Part shown: positions 34,712 through 44,509 of the stretch, piece by piece | How positions within the stretch are numbered: the stretch's first letter is position 1 | How the letters are laid out: the number at the start of each line of letters is the position of its first letter | NCBI GenBank assembly: GCA_000002435.2 | Contig: CM018790.1 | DNA length: 64,000 nucleotides | Direction: 5' to 3' (one strand) | Origin: Giardia intestinalis | Taxonomy: Eukaryota | Program-made: the position numbers and the translations under genes | The notes under the pieces: model-generated | Database searches by the model: none | Told to the model about the DNA's origin: nothing | Seen by the model: the letters and a program-made list of their open reading frames with translations, nothing else

Positions 34712-35411
34712 GGTCTTCTGCAAATATTATATATGGCCACAATCTGATGCATTAATATAGCGTAACGGTTGTGATTTGGCGTCGCCGGCGGCTTCTGTGA
34801 CCAGGATATGCTTCATCTAGCATCTAGGACTATTTCTGCCGCTTGTTTTCGAAGAATATTCTTCACTTTTTTGCTCTATTTTCTCTTTCCATTTCGAGAT
34901 CCAGGCCTCTTCAACGTAGACCCTGCTCTGCATAGCCTTACTGGTATTTTATTCACACATATATGCCCGTTTACCAGGGATAGCGAGTCTACTGTCAGTC
35001 TTTTTTCGAAAGTTTAGCACTAGATAAGTTTAGACTCGTGCTGTGCGCTGTGAAGATCCTGTGTGCTTCTAAGTATGCCTGCAATAAATTCTACAACGAG
35101 CTTTAGTCTCGGCACACTGTAGACCCACTAGCTGAGTATATTGACTAACAGGGAGATGATTTGCGCGCCTTTATACTTACAAGAACGAGTGAAAGCTGCG
35201 CTGAACAAGCTGCAGACCACGGTCGTCCACGGGGTGATGGCGCGGCTCACAACTAGCTGCTGCATGTACAGAACAGCACACATGGTCAAGGTCGGTCATT
35301 TACGGCGAAGAGCAAGGCCCCAGAAATTAACAGGAAGCGCCCCAGCGAGCACGACAAGGCCCCACAAGGGCGCGCTGAGCTGCAGGCCGTGCGGTGGAGC
35401 GGGACGGAAAG

Positions 35412-35484
35412 TGGACGATGAGGGATTTGAACCCCCGGCCTCTTGCATGCTAGGCAAGCGCTCTACCAACTGAGCTAACCGCCC
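35412..35484 (-). tRNA. tRNA-Ala (AGC), second copy
   Basis: Exact reverse complement of 9219..9291. Confidence 0.85.
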
Positions 35485-35676
35485 TCGGAGCGGAGAAAAA
35501 TACCAGAACAGATGGCAGAGTACCGTGTTGTGTGGCCCGGGAGCGGCGCCTCGTGTCCTCGTTTACTGCCTGGCTGGCTGCGCCCGGAGCGCGAGCGTGA
35601 ACCCCCGCCCCGCCCCGTCGCAGGTGACTGTATTATCGAACCATACTAATCTTTAATCAAATAAACCCGCCTAAAA

Positions 35677-36669
35677 ATGAATACAGAGGTTTTGCTAGAG
35701 ATAGCGGAGAGTGTGCTGCTGTGTCTTCCATCTAGACTGCGAGATAAGTACTTCAAACTTAAAACTGAACTATCTGGCATGGATCTGAAGTCCTCAGCTC
35801 CAGATTTCGGGAGTGTAGAGCTTCGGCCATTAACACGGTCAAACACAACAGAGTACCAGCATGACCCTCTGATTCTCCCACAAACAGCAAATAAAAGCAT
35901 CCAGGCACCGCACGATCCCTTTGTTCGTGATTCTATTAATGCCGCGACTCAATCAGAGCTTCCAGTATTACACTTTTTAGAGGTTTCCCAGATTACTGAG
36001 ATTCTAGACCAGATATACCTAGTACTGCGGCGACTTAGATCGTCAATCGCTCCCGCTGCAAGAACACGGGCTCAATCAGAAGCCCCTAGTTTATTTTCAG
36101 AAGCCATTAATTTACTATCCATTCCGGACAAAGACAATGACCTTTTGATTTGCGTGTTGAATGGCTGCAAAAGTATTCTAGAGGAAGCAGAATGCTGTTC
36201 AAGAAACTTTTCTGTGTTCAGCAAAAATTTATCCGAGTCGGCAGCTGCATCCAGGGTTGCTTCTTCAACTTTGACCAATATGGAGAAGGAAAATACAAAG
36301 CTTCAGTCTATCATTTGCGAAAGAGACCGACAGATATCACAGCTTCTAAGTGAAGCGGAACTATATAATAAGGTACAAAGCGCGCTTAAGGAGCAAAACC
36401 ATACTCTCGAGTACAACATGAACGTGCTTCAACAGCGGATAGATGGCTTTGACCGGAAGATGAACGACAGTGACAGGCTCTTCAAGGAATGTAACACGGC
36501 ATACCTTTCTAGCCTTACAACTCTTCGGAAGGAGGCCGAGAAGCAGATTTCGCATTTAGGAAATCAGCTGGCTATTACACACGATCGGCTGCGGCGGATG
36601 AAGGGCCGTGTTGAAGATCTCTCAGCAACTGGAAGCATCTTGACGGCAAGCATTTTGGCTGACAGCTAA
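35677..36669 (+). CDS. Hypothetical coiled-coil protein (330 aa)
   Basis: ATG at 35677 preceded by aaataaacccgcctaaaaATG, 45 bp outside the palindrome end. The C-terminal half is heptad-rich (LQSIICERDRQISQLLSEAELYNKVQSALKEQ...). Confidence 0.5.
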   Translation: MNTEVLLEIAESVLLCLPSRLRDKYFKLKTELSGMDLKSSAPDFGSVELRPLTRSNTTEYQHDPLILPQTANKSIQAPHDPFVRDSINAATQSELPVLHFLEVSQITEILDQIYLVLRRLRSSIAPAARTRAQSEAPSLFSEAINLLSIPDKDNDLLICVLNGCKSILEEAECCSRNFSVFSKNLSESAAASRVASSTLTNMEKENTKLQSIICERDRQISQLLSEAELYNKVQSALKEQNHTLEYNMNVLQQRIDGFDRKMNDSDRLFKECNTAYLSSLTTLRKEAEKQISHLGNQLAITHDRLRRMKGRVEDLSATGSILTASILADS

Positions 36670-36676
36670 CAAAAAA

Positions 36677-37177
36677 ATGAAACGTGGTGGCACGAACACA
36701 CGCGAAAAGAATGTTGCATCCTTCTCAGACACCTCTTCAGAAAGTAGTGCGTCGTTTGATGTTGCAGTTGCAGAGCAATATCTCACCATTTTAGCGAGCC
36801 CCTGGCATACTGTCCGCACTCCAGTCAAGGCCAAGCTACGGCCTAAAAAGCTGCAGCGGCAGCGCTTTACCCGCACAAGGAGCACTAGGCTTATGCTCCT
36901 CGACGAAAGCTCTGACATAAACAGTGATGCAACCTCAACAAGTTCTGAGGATTATGAAGTCGTCGCCCAACTCATTCGGCGGCGTCCTCGGACAAAGATC
37001 CCGTCCGCCCCATCTGATAGTGAGACGAGTGATGGGGCATCGGATGACGGAGATGCAGGAGTCGTCTTTTTTGTCCCAGGCGGCCGTCGGCCTGCACGGT
37101 CTTCACAATCCGAGCCACCTCGAAAGTTGTGCCTTGACGGTCTCATTGATATCCTTCTGGACCTTGCTGAGTCATAA
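36677..37177 (+). CDS. Hypothetical acidic, Ser-rich protein (166 aa)
   Basis: ATG 7 nt after the preceding stop (caaaaaaATG) and in a different frame. Low-complexity S/D/E-rich sequence. Confidence 0.35.
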   Translation: MKRGGTNTREKNVASFSDTSSESSASFDVAVAEQYLTILASPWHTVRTPVKAKLRPKKLQRQRFTRTRSTRLMLLDESSDINSDATSTSSEDYEVVAQLIRRRPRTKIPSAPSDSETSDGASDDGDAGVVFFVPGGRRPARSSQSEPPRKLCLDGLIDILLDLAES

Positions 37178-37291
37178 GGACCACCATAGCTGCATTTATT
37201 CTGATTCTGTTCGGAAGCGTGAGCATATGCACTGTACGACTGTGCTTGAAATCATGGTCCACAAAGACAGTACTGGAGATAGTACAGCTCA

Positions 37292-40200
37292 CTAGTGATG
37301 CCCCTCTTCGTCTGAGTCCGGCCCACGCCCTTCATCATACGTCTTATTGATACTCCGCATCGTTTCATCGGGGCCCGCAATTCTGCTGATATCTGGTGTA
37401 TCAGGTAGGGTAGCCATTCGTGGGTTCTTGCTCATTATGCTGGGACCTCCGTCTCCAAATATGCCGCTCTGTGCTTCCTGGATTCTAACTCCGATGGTGC
37501 TCATGAGGCTATCACCCACTATGGTGGAAGCTCCCGGGGCCTGGGTACCTGGGACCTGTGGCGTTGACCTGGCTGGTGGCAGAGGTGTTGGTTTGGCGAC
37601 TGAAGCACTCGCTGCTCTGCTTCCTTTCTTGTTACCCTTCTTCCCCTTCTTGCCCTTCACTCCCTTTTCTTGCAGTTTCTTCAACTTTTCAGGATTCATC
37701 TGCTCCATGACCATGGTCTTAACGCAGTCTCTTAGCTCCAAACGCTCTCGCTTCTCTTGTAAACGTTGGTCCTTCGTCTTTAGCTTATCTAACTTCTTGA
37801 GTTCGGCCTCAGATATCTCATACTCCGGGGGCTGGCTATCGTCAGAGTCTGAGACTGGCTGGTCGTAACCGTTCTTGTCCAAGAAGTCAAATACTTTGGT
37901 GGTGGCAATGATCTTATTAATGGAAACAACGTGATCGAATTCTGTGTTACTCAGAGCCTCAAATTGCGCAAAGATATGTATTCGCTCTTTGAGTTTTGCC
38001 TTCAGAGAAAGAGAGAGCTTATCCATGTCAAAGCCGACAATGTCTCTCTTCGGATTGGTAATAAGATAACTGAAGGCATGCTTCATCCACGTAACATAGT
38101 CTGCCCTGATCTTCTCCAGCTCGCCTGTATATGCTTCGCAATTCTTGTCATACATTGTTCCTAGAGTAGATATCAGTGCCTCTCCATAGATGAAATAATC
38201 TAGGGGAGTGAGGTGCCGGTTGTCCAGAGGCCAATCGCTCTCAAAAACGCGAGAGTCGTCTCCCATAGCACCTAGCTTCGGGTCATTCGGGTCTCCTTCC
38301 ACAGGTACCACACCCGGAGCTGTTGTTGCTGCTAGAGCAGATGAGTAATCTCCCCCAGTGGGCAAACTGTTGGTAGTATCTTGAGTGTATTCAGATGTCG
38401 TGTCCATTGTCTCTGAAGAGAACATGGACATGAAGTTGCAGTTTCTCAAATCCAAGATCCCTCCATATTTAACTACATCCAGCGATTGTTCTAGGTCAAC
38501 CTTGCTCATTCCATACACACTGGCCTCAATCGTGTAGATGTTCTCGCACGCCCATTTCTTGACACCATATACACGCAACGTACCCGGTTTAGTGACTTCG
38601 GAATTGTTGTAGGTACAACTCTTAAGATCAAAGATATAGTTTTCCTTGTTATTCTGCAGCATGATAGGAAAGATCATTTCAGAGAAAAGGAGTCGATAAG
38701 GAGACTCTTCTGGGATCTGGTGTATCTGTGGAGACTTCTGTTCTAGCCTATCATTACGTGTGCTCAGTACCCCTGTGACTTGTGGTCCTTTTCCAGAAGC
38801 CGGGGCAATCGTGGTTGTAGGATTAAATCTGACCCCTACACCGCCTGCCTGTCCGCTCCCCACGCCTGCACTGGGGACACGCGAATTCTCTGCTGTGTGA
38901 CTAGTTGAAGAGGTCTCTTGGACAGTTTTGTACGTTGCCATCATGATCTTATGCCGCAAGAGCGCGTATTCGTTAGGATTTATGGTGTATTTGTAGGCTG
39001 CTTTAAGCAGCGAAGATTTGCTTTCTGCTTCCTTTTTAGCTGTTATGTTTCCCCCTTCTTCTCCTTCTGCTGAAAATACAGCCTTTGCAAAGTCTGTCTT
39101 CATTATGTTGACACCTACAAACTTAATAAACTGTTCTTCGTAGTAGCGCTCTATAAGGGGGACATCTAGCTCTGGCTTGATCATAGACTCATAAGTATTG
39201 GCCCCAAACAGTGCGTTCTTAGTTGCCATATGCCTGTCCATTGCTTCTTTGTATAGCTTTTCGAATACATCCTTGTCGACTCCTCCAGTCCGCTGAGTCG
39301 TTATGGAAGATGAGTCCAATAGTTTAGACGTGGTGGATGATAGCATAGAGTCCTGAGACGACTTCTCTTTTTCTTGTTCTCTTCGCCTTTCACGAGCGGT
39401 ATTTAGTAAAGTGTTGATGCTAATCAGGTCGTGAGTGAAGAAGGAGACCATGTTTTCCATTCCGAGATTAGGAATAAGGCCCAACTGACCGCAAGAAATC
39501 CAGAAGAGACGCTTAAGATCAGCGTAATTAATGCTCTCATTGGTATGGAGAAAGAAGTTGGGTTGCTTCGAGGTTCCGTGAATGTCCATTATAAATTTCA
39601 ATGTGTACTTTTGTTCTATCACATAGTCCTGGATCAATTCCCGCAGGGCAAACAGCGTAGGACTGTCTAGGTTAGTGGTTGTGGCCCAATGCTTATTGAG
39701 ATCTATTCGCCCGATATCGACACGCGAATTCCCTACTATAACACCATCAACGTTCACCATGGGGACGATCTTGAACAAAAACTTGTCTAGGAGAAACTTT
39801 CTAAGAAGCTCATTCTTATATAAACGCACCTTCAATTCCTTTAGCTCTTCGGCCGTAAGGTGATTATTTTGTCGGTAGCGCTCATCTATGCCGTAGTAAT
39901 TTCCAGCCACACCAAACAGTTCATCCTGTGAGGGTAAATCTGGCGGGATGTACTGCTGCGGTGGAGCTGGTCGAGATCCATCAGGATTCAGGACAATTTT
40001 AGGGGTTACTTCAGCTGCTGGCTGCTCTTGTGGCGATATGGTTGCAGCTAAGTCACGCATCTGCATGTCCTCTTGAGCTCCAGCATTGCCAAGAGAAACA
40101 TCTGGGCCTTCCACTGAATTATCCTGAAGCAGAAACTCTGGATTGTTATTGGCAACATGGTTCAATAGCCACGTAATGTATCGTTTCAGCTCTGCGTCGC

Positions 40201-41560
40201 GACGGCCAGATAGAAAGTCCAGAAGCCCCTGAAGAACATAACTTCCGGAAGTCTCACAGGGGTGAACCCGTGCAAGAATTACTATGAGCTCCTTACTCTG
40301 GGACGTGCCACCCATTGTTATTACATTGCAACTGTTCTCCATGAGTGTACGTGTAAGCTTCTCTATCCGCACCAGGGGGATAGCGCGCAAATATTCCATG
40401 TATCTGTTAAGATCAGTGTAAGTATATGGAAAGGCAGAGGCCAAGAAAACAATGTCTTCGTCTGATTTGAATGTTAAACTAAAGGAAAGAGTGTACTGGG
40501 ATCCCATCACATCTTGCTGTGGTTTAGATGACACCTTCTTCTTCTTAGTTATGGGCTTCTGCTCCTTTTTGTCAGATGATTTTGCTCGTGTTCCAGACTT
40601 AGATGCCGCACGACTAGCTGGCCTAGACTTTGTCCCCGATGTCTTAGGGCGCTCCGCAGCAGCCTCTACAATTGGGTTTGCATAGATATTCTCAACCATT
40701 CCGTAATAGTATTCACCTCTCTTTTTCAGCACATTAGGATAGTAGCATATCTCCTCGCCCATACGCCTCCAACCCTTTTTATGTTGTGATGGAGTATACA
40801 CCAAAATGCCAGCTCCTTCCAAAAACATCGAGGTGGGCTTTACAAAGTTAAGGATCTTGAATGTGTACCTAGTATGCTTTCTCACGTTACCGATCGCAAA
40901 ATAGAACCAATTCATGTGCTCACAAGTGCCAAAATCTGGGCTCATCATAAGCTCGTACTGCTGAGAGCCAAGAACACGTGCTGCAGAGAAGAGATTTCCT
41001 GCCTCAAAGCGTGCATCAAAGACAAGGGAATCTCCCCAACGAGTGGTCCCTTTGCACTGATACCATCCCTTGCCCCTGTATTCGCTCACGAGTAACGCAT
41101 GATAAAGAAGGATACGCTGCGGATTGGCCACCACCAGATCTGTGTCTCGCCTCTTTGCTCGCTCTATATAAAGCTTTATTGTCGCCTTGTCATTGAGTGG
41201 AGACGAAGAGGAATTAATCCTGAGGTTATCTGGGGGATAGAAGGGGCCAACTACTCGCCGTGGAATATCAGTCCGTACGCGAGGATCAGGAACAGCTACG
41301 TTGTCCCGCGGATCTTCCACGAGCTTTTTCATCTGCGATTTAGACATGTTATCACCTTCAAAGCGCTTGTCTGCGTTATTAATGGCTAGCTCTGGGTTGT
41401 GGTTAAAGGACGGCAAGACGGTCTGATTGAAAAGAGCCTGCCGGTCTGGCCGCAAAATGCACCTAGCAGACACTGTGTCTGAGATGTCATATGATTCTCC
41501 ACGCGATAACAGAGTCCCCATGATCTCATTTTCTTCGGGGGTTACCCGCTGAGCGTGCAT
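37292..41560 (-). CDS. Cytosolic carboxypeptidase (M14 family, CCP/Nna1-like; putative tubulin deglutamylase) with a long K/E-rich C-terminal extension
   Basis: The CCP N-domain motif FDARFEAGNL fits the FESGNL consensus. The catalytic domain has ILARVHPCETSGSYVLQGLLDFL, the HPGE-type zinc-binding block carrying a G-to-C substitution. True ATG at 41558..41560. 1422 aa. Confidence 0.75.
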   Translation of the reverse strand: MHAQRVTPEENEIMGTLLSRGESYDISDTVSARCILRPDRQALFNQTVLPSFNHNPELAINNADKRFEGDNMSKSQMKKLVEDPRDNVAVPDPRVRTDIPRRVVGPFYPPDNLRINSSSSPLNDKATIKLYIERAKRRDTDLVVANPQRILLYHALLVSEYRGKGWYQCKGTTRWGDSLVFDARFEAGNLFSAARVLGSQQYELMMSPDFGTCEHMNWFYFAIGNVRKHTRYTFKILNFVKPTSMFLEGAGILVYTPSQHKKGWRRMGEEICYYPNVLKKRGEYYYGMVENIYANPIVEAAAERPKTSGTKSRPASRAASKSGTRAKSSDKKEQKPITKKKKVSSKPQQDVMGSQYTLSFSLTFKSDEDIVFLASAFPYTYTDLNRYMEYLRAIPLVRIEKLTRTLMENSCNVITMGGTSQSKELIVILARVHPCETSGSYVLQGLLDFLSGRRDAELKRYITWLLNHVANNNPEFLLQDNSVEGPDVSLGNAGAQEDMQMRDLAATISPQEQPAAEVTPKIVLNPDGSRPAPPQQYIPPDLPSQDELFGVAGNYYGIDERYRQNNHLTAEELKELKVRLYKNELLRKFLLDKFLFKIVPMVNVDGVIVGNSRVDIGRIDLNKHWATTTNLDSPTLFALRELIQDYVIEQKYTLKFIMDIHGTSKQPNFFLHTNESINYADLKRLFWISCGQLGLIPNLGMENMVSFFTHDLISINTLLNTARERRREQEKEKSSQDSMLSSTTSKLLDSSSITTQRTGGVDKDVFEKLYKEAMDRHMATKNALFGANTYESMIKPELDVPLIERYYEEQFIKFVGVNIMKTDFAKAVFSAEGEEGGNITAKKEAESKSSLLKAAYKYTINPNEYALLRHKIMMATYKTVQETSSTSHTAENSRVPSAGVGSGQAGGVGVRFNPTTTIAPASGKGPQVTGVLSTRNDRLEQKSPQIHQIPEESPYRLLFSEMIFPIMLQNNKENYIFDLKSCTYNNSEVTKPGTLRVYGVKKWACENIYTIEASVYGMSKVDLEQSLDVVKYGGILDLRNCNFMSMFSSETMDTTSEYTQDTTNSLPTGGDYSSALAATTAPGVVPVEGDPNDPKLGAMGDDSRVFESDWPLDNRHLTPLDYFIYGEALISTLGTMYDKNCEAYTGELEKIRADYVTWMKHAFSYLITNPKRDIVGFDMDKLSLSLKAKLKERIHIFAQFEALSNTEFDHVVSINKIIATTKVFDFLDKNGYDQPVSDSDDSQPPEYEISEAELKKLDKLKTKDQRLQEKRERLELRDCVKTMVMEQMNPEKLKKLQEKGVKGKKGKKGNKKGSRAASASVAKPTPLPPARSTPQVPGTQAPGASTIVGDSLMSTIGVRIQEAQSGIFGDGGPSIMSKNPRMATLPDTPDISRIAGPDETMRSINKTYDEGRGPDSDEEGHH

Positions 41561-41621
41561 TTTTAGATTCTGGTATTTTTCTTAGCTCGCCCAAGAATCT
41601 GTAGATTGTGTTAGAGGGCTG

Positions 41622-43232
41622 TTAGCTATAGCTCCCCTTTAGCAAAAGCTTATCTATGCACATACTAAACTTCTCTGAAAGAGGCGTCCGAGAACATTTC
41701 AATCTTTTCTCCAGCAATTGTAGGGCCGTCTCTCCTTCAGCATTAGAAAGGATTGCCTCGTACATGGCCAAGAGTGCAACGCATTCTACATTCCCCTCTA
41801 GAGTGGCGAGAATAAGTGCTGTGTTCCCTGAGATATCCTGCATTCCTGCCTCATCCAAAAGAAGTCTGACACATTGTGGATGGTTGTTCTCCGCTGCGTA
41901 CATTAACGCCGTGCGACCGGATGTTGTAGTCATCCGCATTTCCCTATTCCGTAAGAGCTTCACGCAGTCTTGGTGTCCATTTCTAGCTGCTCCCATTAGT
42001 GCCGTATGCCCGTCTGGCCTCTGGATGCACGCCTCAAGCATGAGCAGAGGAATGCATGCCTTCTGGCCAGAATATGCTGCATCCTGAAGTGCTGTCCAGC
42101 CTCGTCTGCTTTGGATGCCCAACTCTGAGAGCAAAGCTGAAACACACTCCACATGTCCTTTGCGTGCAGCTTTGATGAGAGCGGTGCCTTGCCAATCTGT
42201 TTTGCCCGCTTCAGATATATACTCTGTCAGTTGATCTACATTTCCTTTCTCTGCTGCTAACATTAGTGGGGTAGGAGCATCAACCTCTATTCCCATGCGC
42301 GGCATCACCTGGACCAGATTTCCTGGTGTTTTCCAATCGTTGTAGCGTCCAAAGCTTATCTGAAGAGGTGCAGATATCGATTTGTTGGAGATTGCAGACT
42401 CTCTCGTGCATATCGTATTATTTTGGCAAAGATATTGAATATGCAGAAGCAGCTCAGCTGCAGAAGGCCGGCTCTGTGGGTCAGAGAGTAAGCACTTACC
42501 TATCATATTAGTCAGGTTTATAGAGTACTCCGAAAGATTGACGTGTTGAAAATCTAAAGATTCGTTTTGTTGATTGATAAGTAGGTCTGGTTTGCAGAGA
42601 TGTAATAGTAGAGAGCCAAACGACCAGATGTCTGTCTTGGTGGTATGGGTCTTTGAACTCATCTGCTCTGGAGCTCTATACAAATTGCCGGCTGAATATA
42701 TCCAATCTTGATTAGTCTCATCTATTGTAGCACTCATAGATATGCCACCACACCAGCAGTCGCACAATTTGTAAACACCAATACCTGCGATAAGGATGTT
42801 TTCTGGCCTAAGGGCCTTGTAAACTAGTGGCCCCATGGGATTGAATTTCGAATGAAGATGTGCCAAAGCATCCGCCACGGACCTAGCTATGCTCCAAATT
42901 TCCTCCTCCTCCACTGGATTTTGCTGCTTAATATGCCTATCTAACAATGCTGAGAGGTTCTCACCCTGGAGATACTCTGTTTCAACAAGAAGTCTATCCT
43001 CTTTTCTTGGCCAGATCCTATGTATTTTTACAACCGATTCTGTGTCAAGAGATGAAAACCTGTCGTAAAACGCAAGAATTTCAGTTCTATCGACAGAGTC
43101 CAACTCGTGCAGGTCAATATCTTTCACAAGTACAAAAGTATCATCTACGAGACGCCGAGCTATGTACACCGTTTCCTTATCATTCGCGTGGAGCAGCTGG
43201 GCATCTGCGTGATGCTTAGAAATTTGATTCAT
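41622..43232 (-). CDS. NEK-family-like protein (pseudo)kinase with C-terminal ankyrin repeats
   Basis: The kinase fold is recognisable but catalytic motifs are degenerate: HRDLKPEN is replaced by YKALRPENILI and DFG by DCW, and there is no glycine loop. The C-terminal half has ankyrin repeats (GHTALMGAARNGHQDCVKLL, GRTALMYAAENNHPQCVRLL, GNTALILATLEGNVECVALL). Start re-set to ATG 43230..43232; the track's 43253 is GTG. Confidence 0.7.
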   Translation of the reverse strand: MNQISKHHADAQLLHANDKETVYIARRLVDDTFVLVKDIDLHELDSVDRTEILAFYDRFSSLDTESVVKIHRIWPRKEDRLLVETEYLQGENLSALLDRHIKQQNPVEEEEIWSIARSVADALAHLHSKFNPMGPLVYKALRPENILIAGIGVYKLCDCWCGGISMSATIDETNQDWIYSAGNLYRAPEQMSSKTHTTKTDIWSFGSLLLHLCKPDLLINQQNESLDFQHVNLSEYSINLTNMIGKCLLSDPQSRPSAAELLLHIQYLCQNNTICTRESAISNKSISAPLQISFGRYNDWKTPGNLVQVMPRMGIEVDAPTPLMLAAEKGNVDQLTEYISEAGKTDWQGTALIKAARKGHVECVSALLSELGIQSRRGWTALQDAAYSGQKACIPLLMLEACIQRPDGHTALMGAARNGHQDCVKLLRNREMRMTTTSGRTALMYAAENNHPQCVRLLLDEAGMQDISGNTALILATLEGNVECVALLAMYEAILSNAEGETALQLLEKRLKCSRTPLSEKFSMCIDKLLLKGSYS

Positions 43233-43265
43233 GGTCTTTCGGTATACAACCACAGAGAAAATAAA
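43233..43265. promoter_or_regulatory. 33-bp divergent intergenic region between the NEK-like gene and NBP35 paralog 1
   Basis: gtctttcggtatacaaccacagagaaaataaa ends in an A/T-rich initiator immediately before ATG 43266. Confidence 0.4.
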
Positions 43266-44330
43266 ATGCCATGTTGTGGTGGTGGTAGCAATGGGCCTTG
43301 TGCCTGCCGATCTGGAACTAGAGATGTCGAAGGTGACTCAGCTGTAGGTTTAAGAATGTCTGGGCCTAATGACCCTACTCCAGAGCAGATTTCTCTCAAG
43401 GGTGAGTGCGCTCCTGAAAAGTGCAGCGGCTGCCCTGCACGAGGAGCATGCTCTAGCCGTGGAGCAGACAATAGCACGAGTGTTGCTATTTCAGAACGCA
43501 TTCAGCATGTAGGCCGCATTTTACTTGTCCTTTCCGGTAAGGGTGGCGTTGGGAAGTCTACCCTGGCTACTCAGCTGGCGTTCTTTCTTGCTGACATCAT
43601 GGGGAAGTATGTGGGGCTTTTGGACTTAGATATATGTGGTCCGTCTATACCAACTATGACATTTACTAAAACTGAACAAGTGCAGAACTTGCCCACAGGA
43701 TGGGAGCCTGTTAGCGTTTCTCACACACTTCAAGCGCTTTCTGTTGGCCACCTGGTGACACAGGAGGACGCCCCAGTGATCTTGCGTGGCCCAAAAAAGC
43801 ATGGCATGGTGAAACAGATGCTAACAGAGACTAATTGGGAATTCGACCCCCGCTTTCCGAAGAGCAACATCATTATAGTAGATACGCCACCGGGTACATC
43901 GGACGAGCACCTATCCATAATAGATATGTATCAGAGTACAATCCGTTATATGCAATCTAACGGATTCCCCAATGTTCCTGTATTAGAAGCAGTTGTGATC
44001 TCTACTCCTCAGGAGGTTGCATTAGCTGATGTGCGCAAAGAGATCAACTTTTGCAAGCAGTTAAATCTCCGTATTAGAGGAGTTATTGAGAACATGTCCG
44101 GGTTTGTGTGTCCCTTCTGTGAGGCAGAGACTCCTGTAATAGAAGCAACAACTGGTGGCGTCAAGAAGATGTGTGAGGACATGAACGTCCCCTATATTGG
44201 GAGCATGCCCCTTGACCCTCAGCTTATGAAGGCAGGAGAGGATGGGGTGGCGTGGTCAACCATATGCGACATAGAGACTTCACCTGGGTATGATGCATTC
44301 GCGAATATATGCGGTAAGATCATCGAATGA
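43266..44330 (+). CDS. NBP35: Cytosolic Fe-S cluster assembly ATPase NBP35 (Mrp/NBP35 ParA-type), paralog 1
   Basis: N-terminal ferredoxin-like Cys cluster (MPCCGGG...CAPEKCSGCPARGAC); Walker A ILVLSGKGGVGKST; DLDICGPSIP motif; IVDTPPGTSDEHL; C-terminal CPFC. ATG at 43266 after agagaaaataaaATG. Confidence 0.8.
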   Translation: MPCCGGGSNGPCACRSGTRDVEGDSAVGLRMSGPNDPTPEQISLKGECAPEKCSGCPARGACSSRGADNSTSVAISERIQHVGRILLVLSGKGGVGKSTLATQLAFFLADIMGKYVGLLDLDICGPSIPTMTFTKTEQVQNLPTGWEPVSVSHTLQALSVGHLVTQEDAPVILRGPKKHGMVKQMLTETNWEFDPRFPKSNIIIVDTPPGTSDEHLSIIDMYQSTIRYMQSNGFPNVPVLEAVVISTPQEVALADVRKEINFCKQLNLRIRGVIENMSGFVCPFCEAETPVIEATTGGVKKMCEDMNVPYIGSMPLDPQLMKAGEDGVAWSTICDIETSPGYDAFANICGKIIE

Positions 44331-44509
44331 GTGTGACGTTTGATGGTCTGCTGGGGCGTAAACATTAATTAATGCGCGAATAAATAGCTTATCTTTTGAG
44401 TGACTGTCTCCTCACCTTTTGTGCTTGGGTAAGGATTAGGGAGTCTGGAAAACATGGGCTCTGATGTCGACTGCCATGTACATGTGCACATGTGTGGACA
44501 TGCTTCACT

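Larger units (their letters stand above)
23348..35632. repeat. Right arm of the giant inverted repeat
   Basis: Reverse complement of 9071..21355. Differences seen at 33355, 33346 and 31640 (left-arm positions 11348, 11357 and 13063). Confidence 0.95.

Noticed and set aside
36661-36680. Possible single gene split by a frameshift at the A7 homopolymer between ORFs 35677..36669 and 36677..37177
   Set aside because: The TAA stop (36667..36669) precedes the A-run, and the downstream ORF is in a different frame with its own ATG. These are two genes, or gene plus small ORF, not a homopolymer indel artefact.
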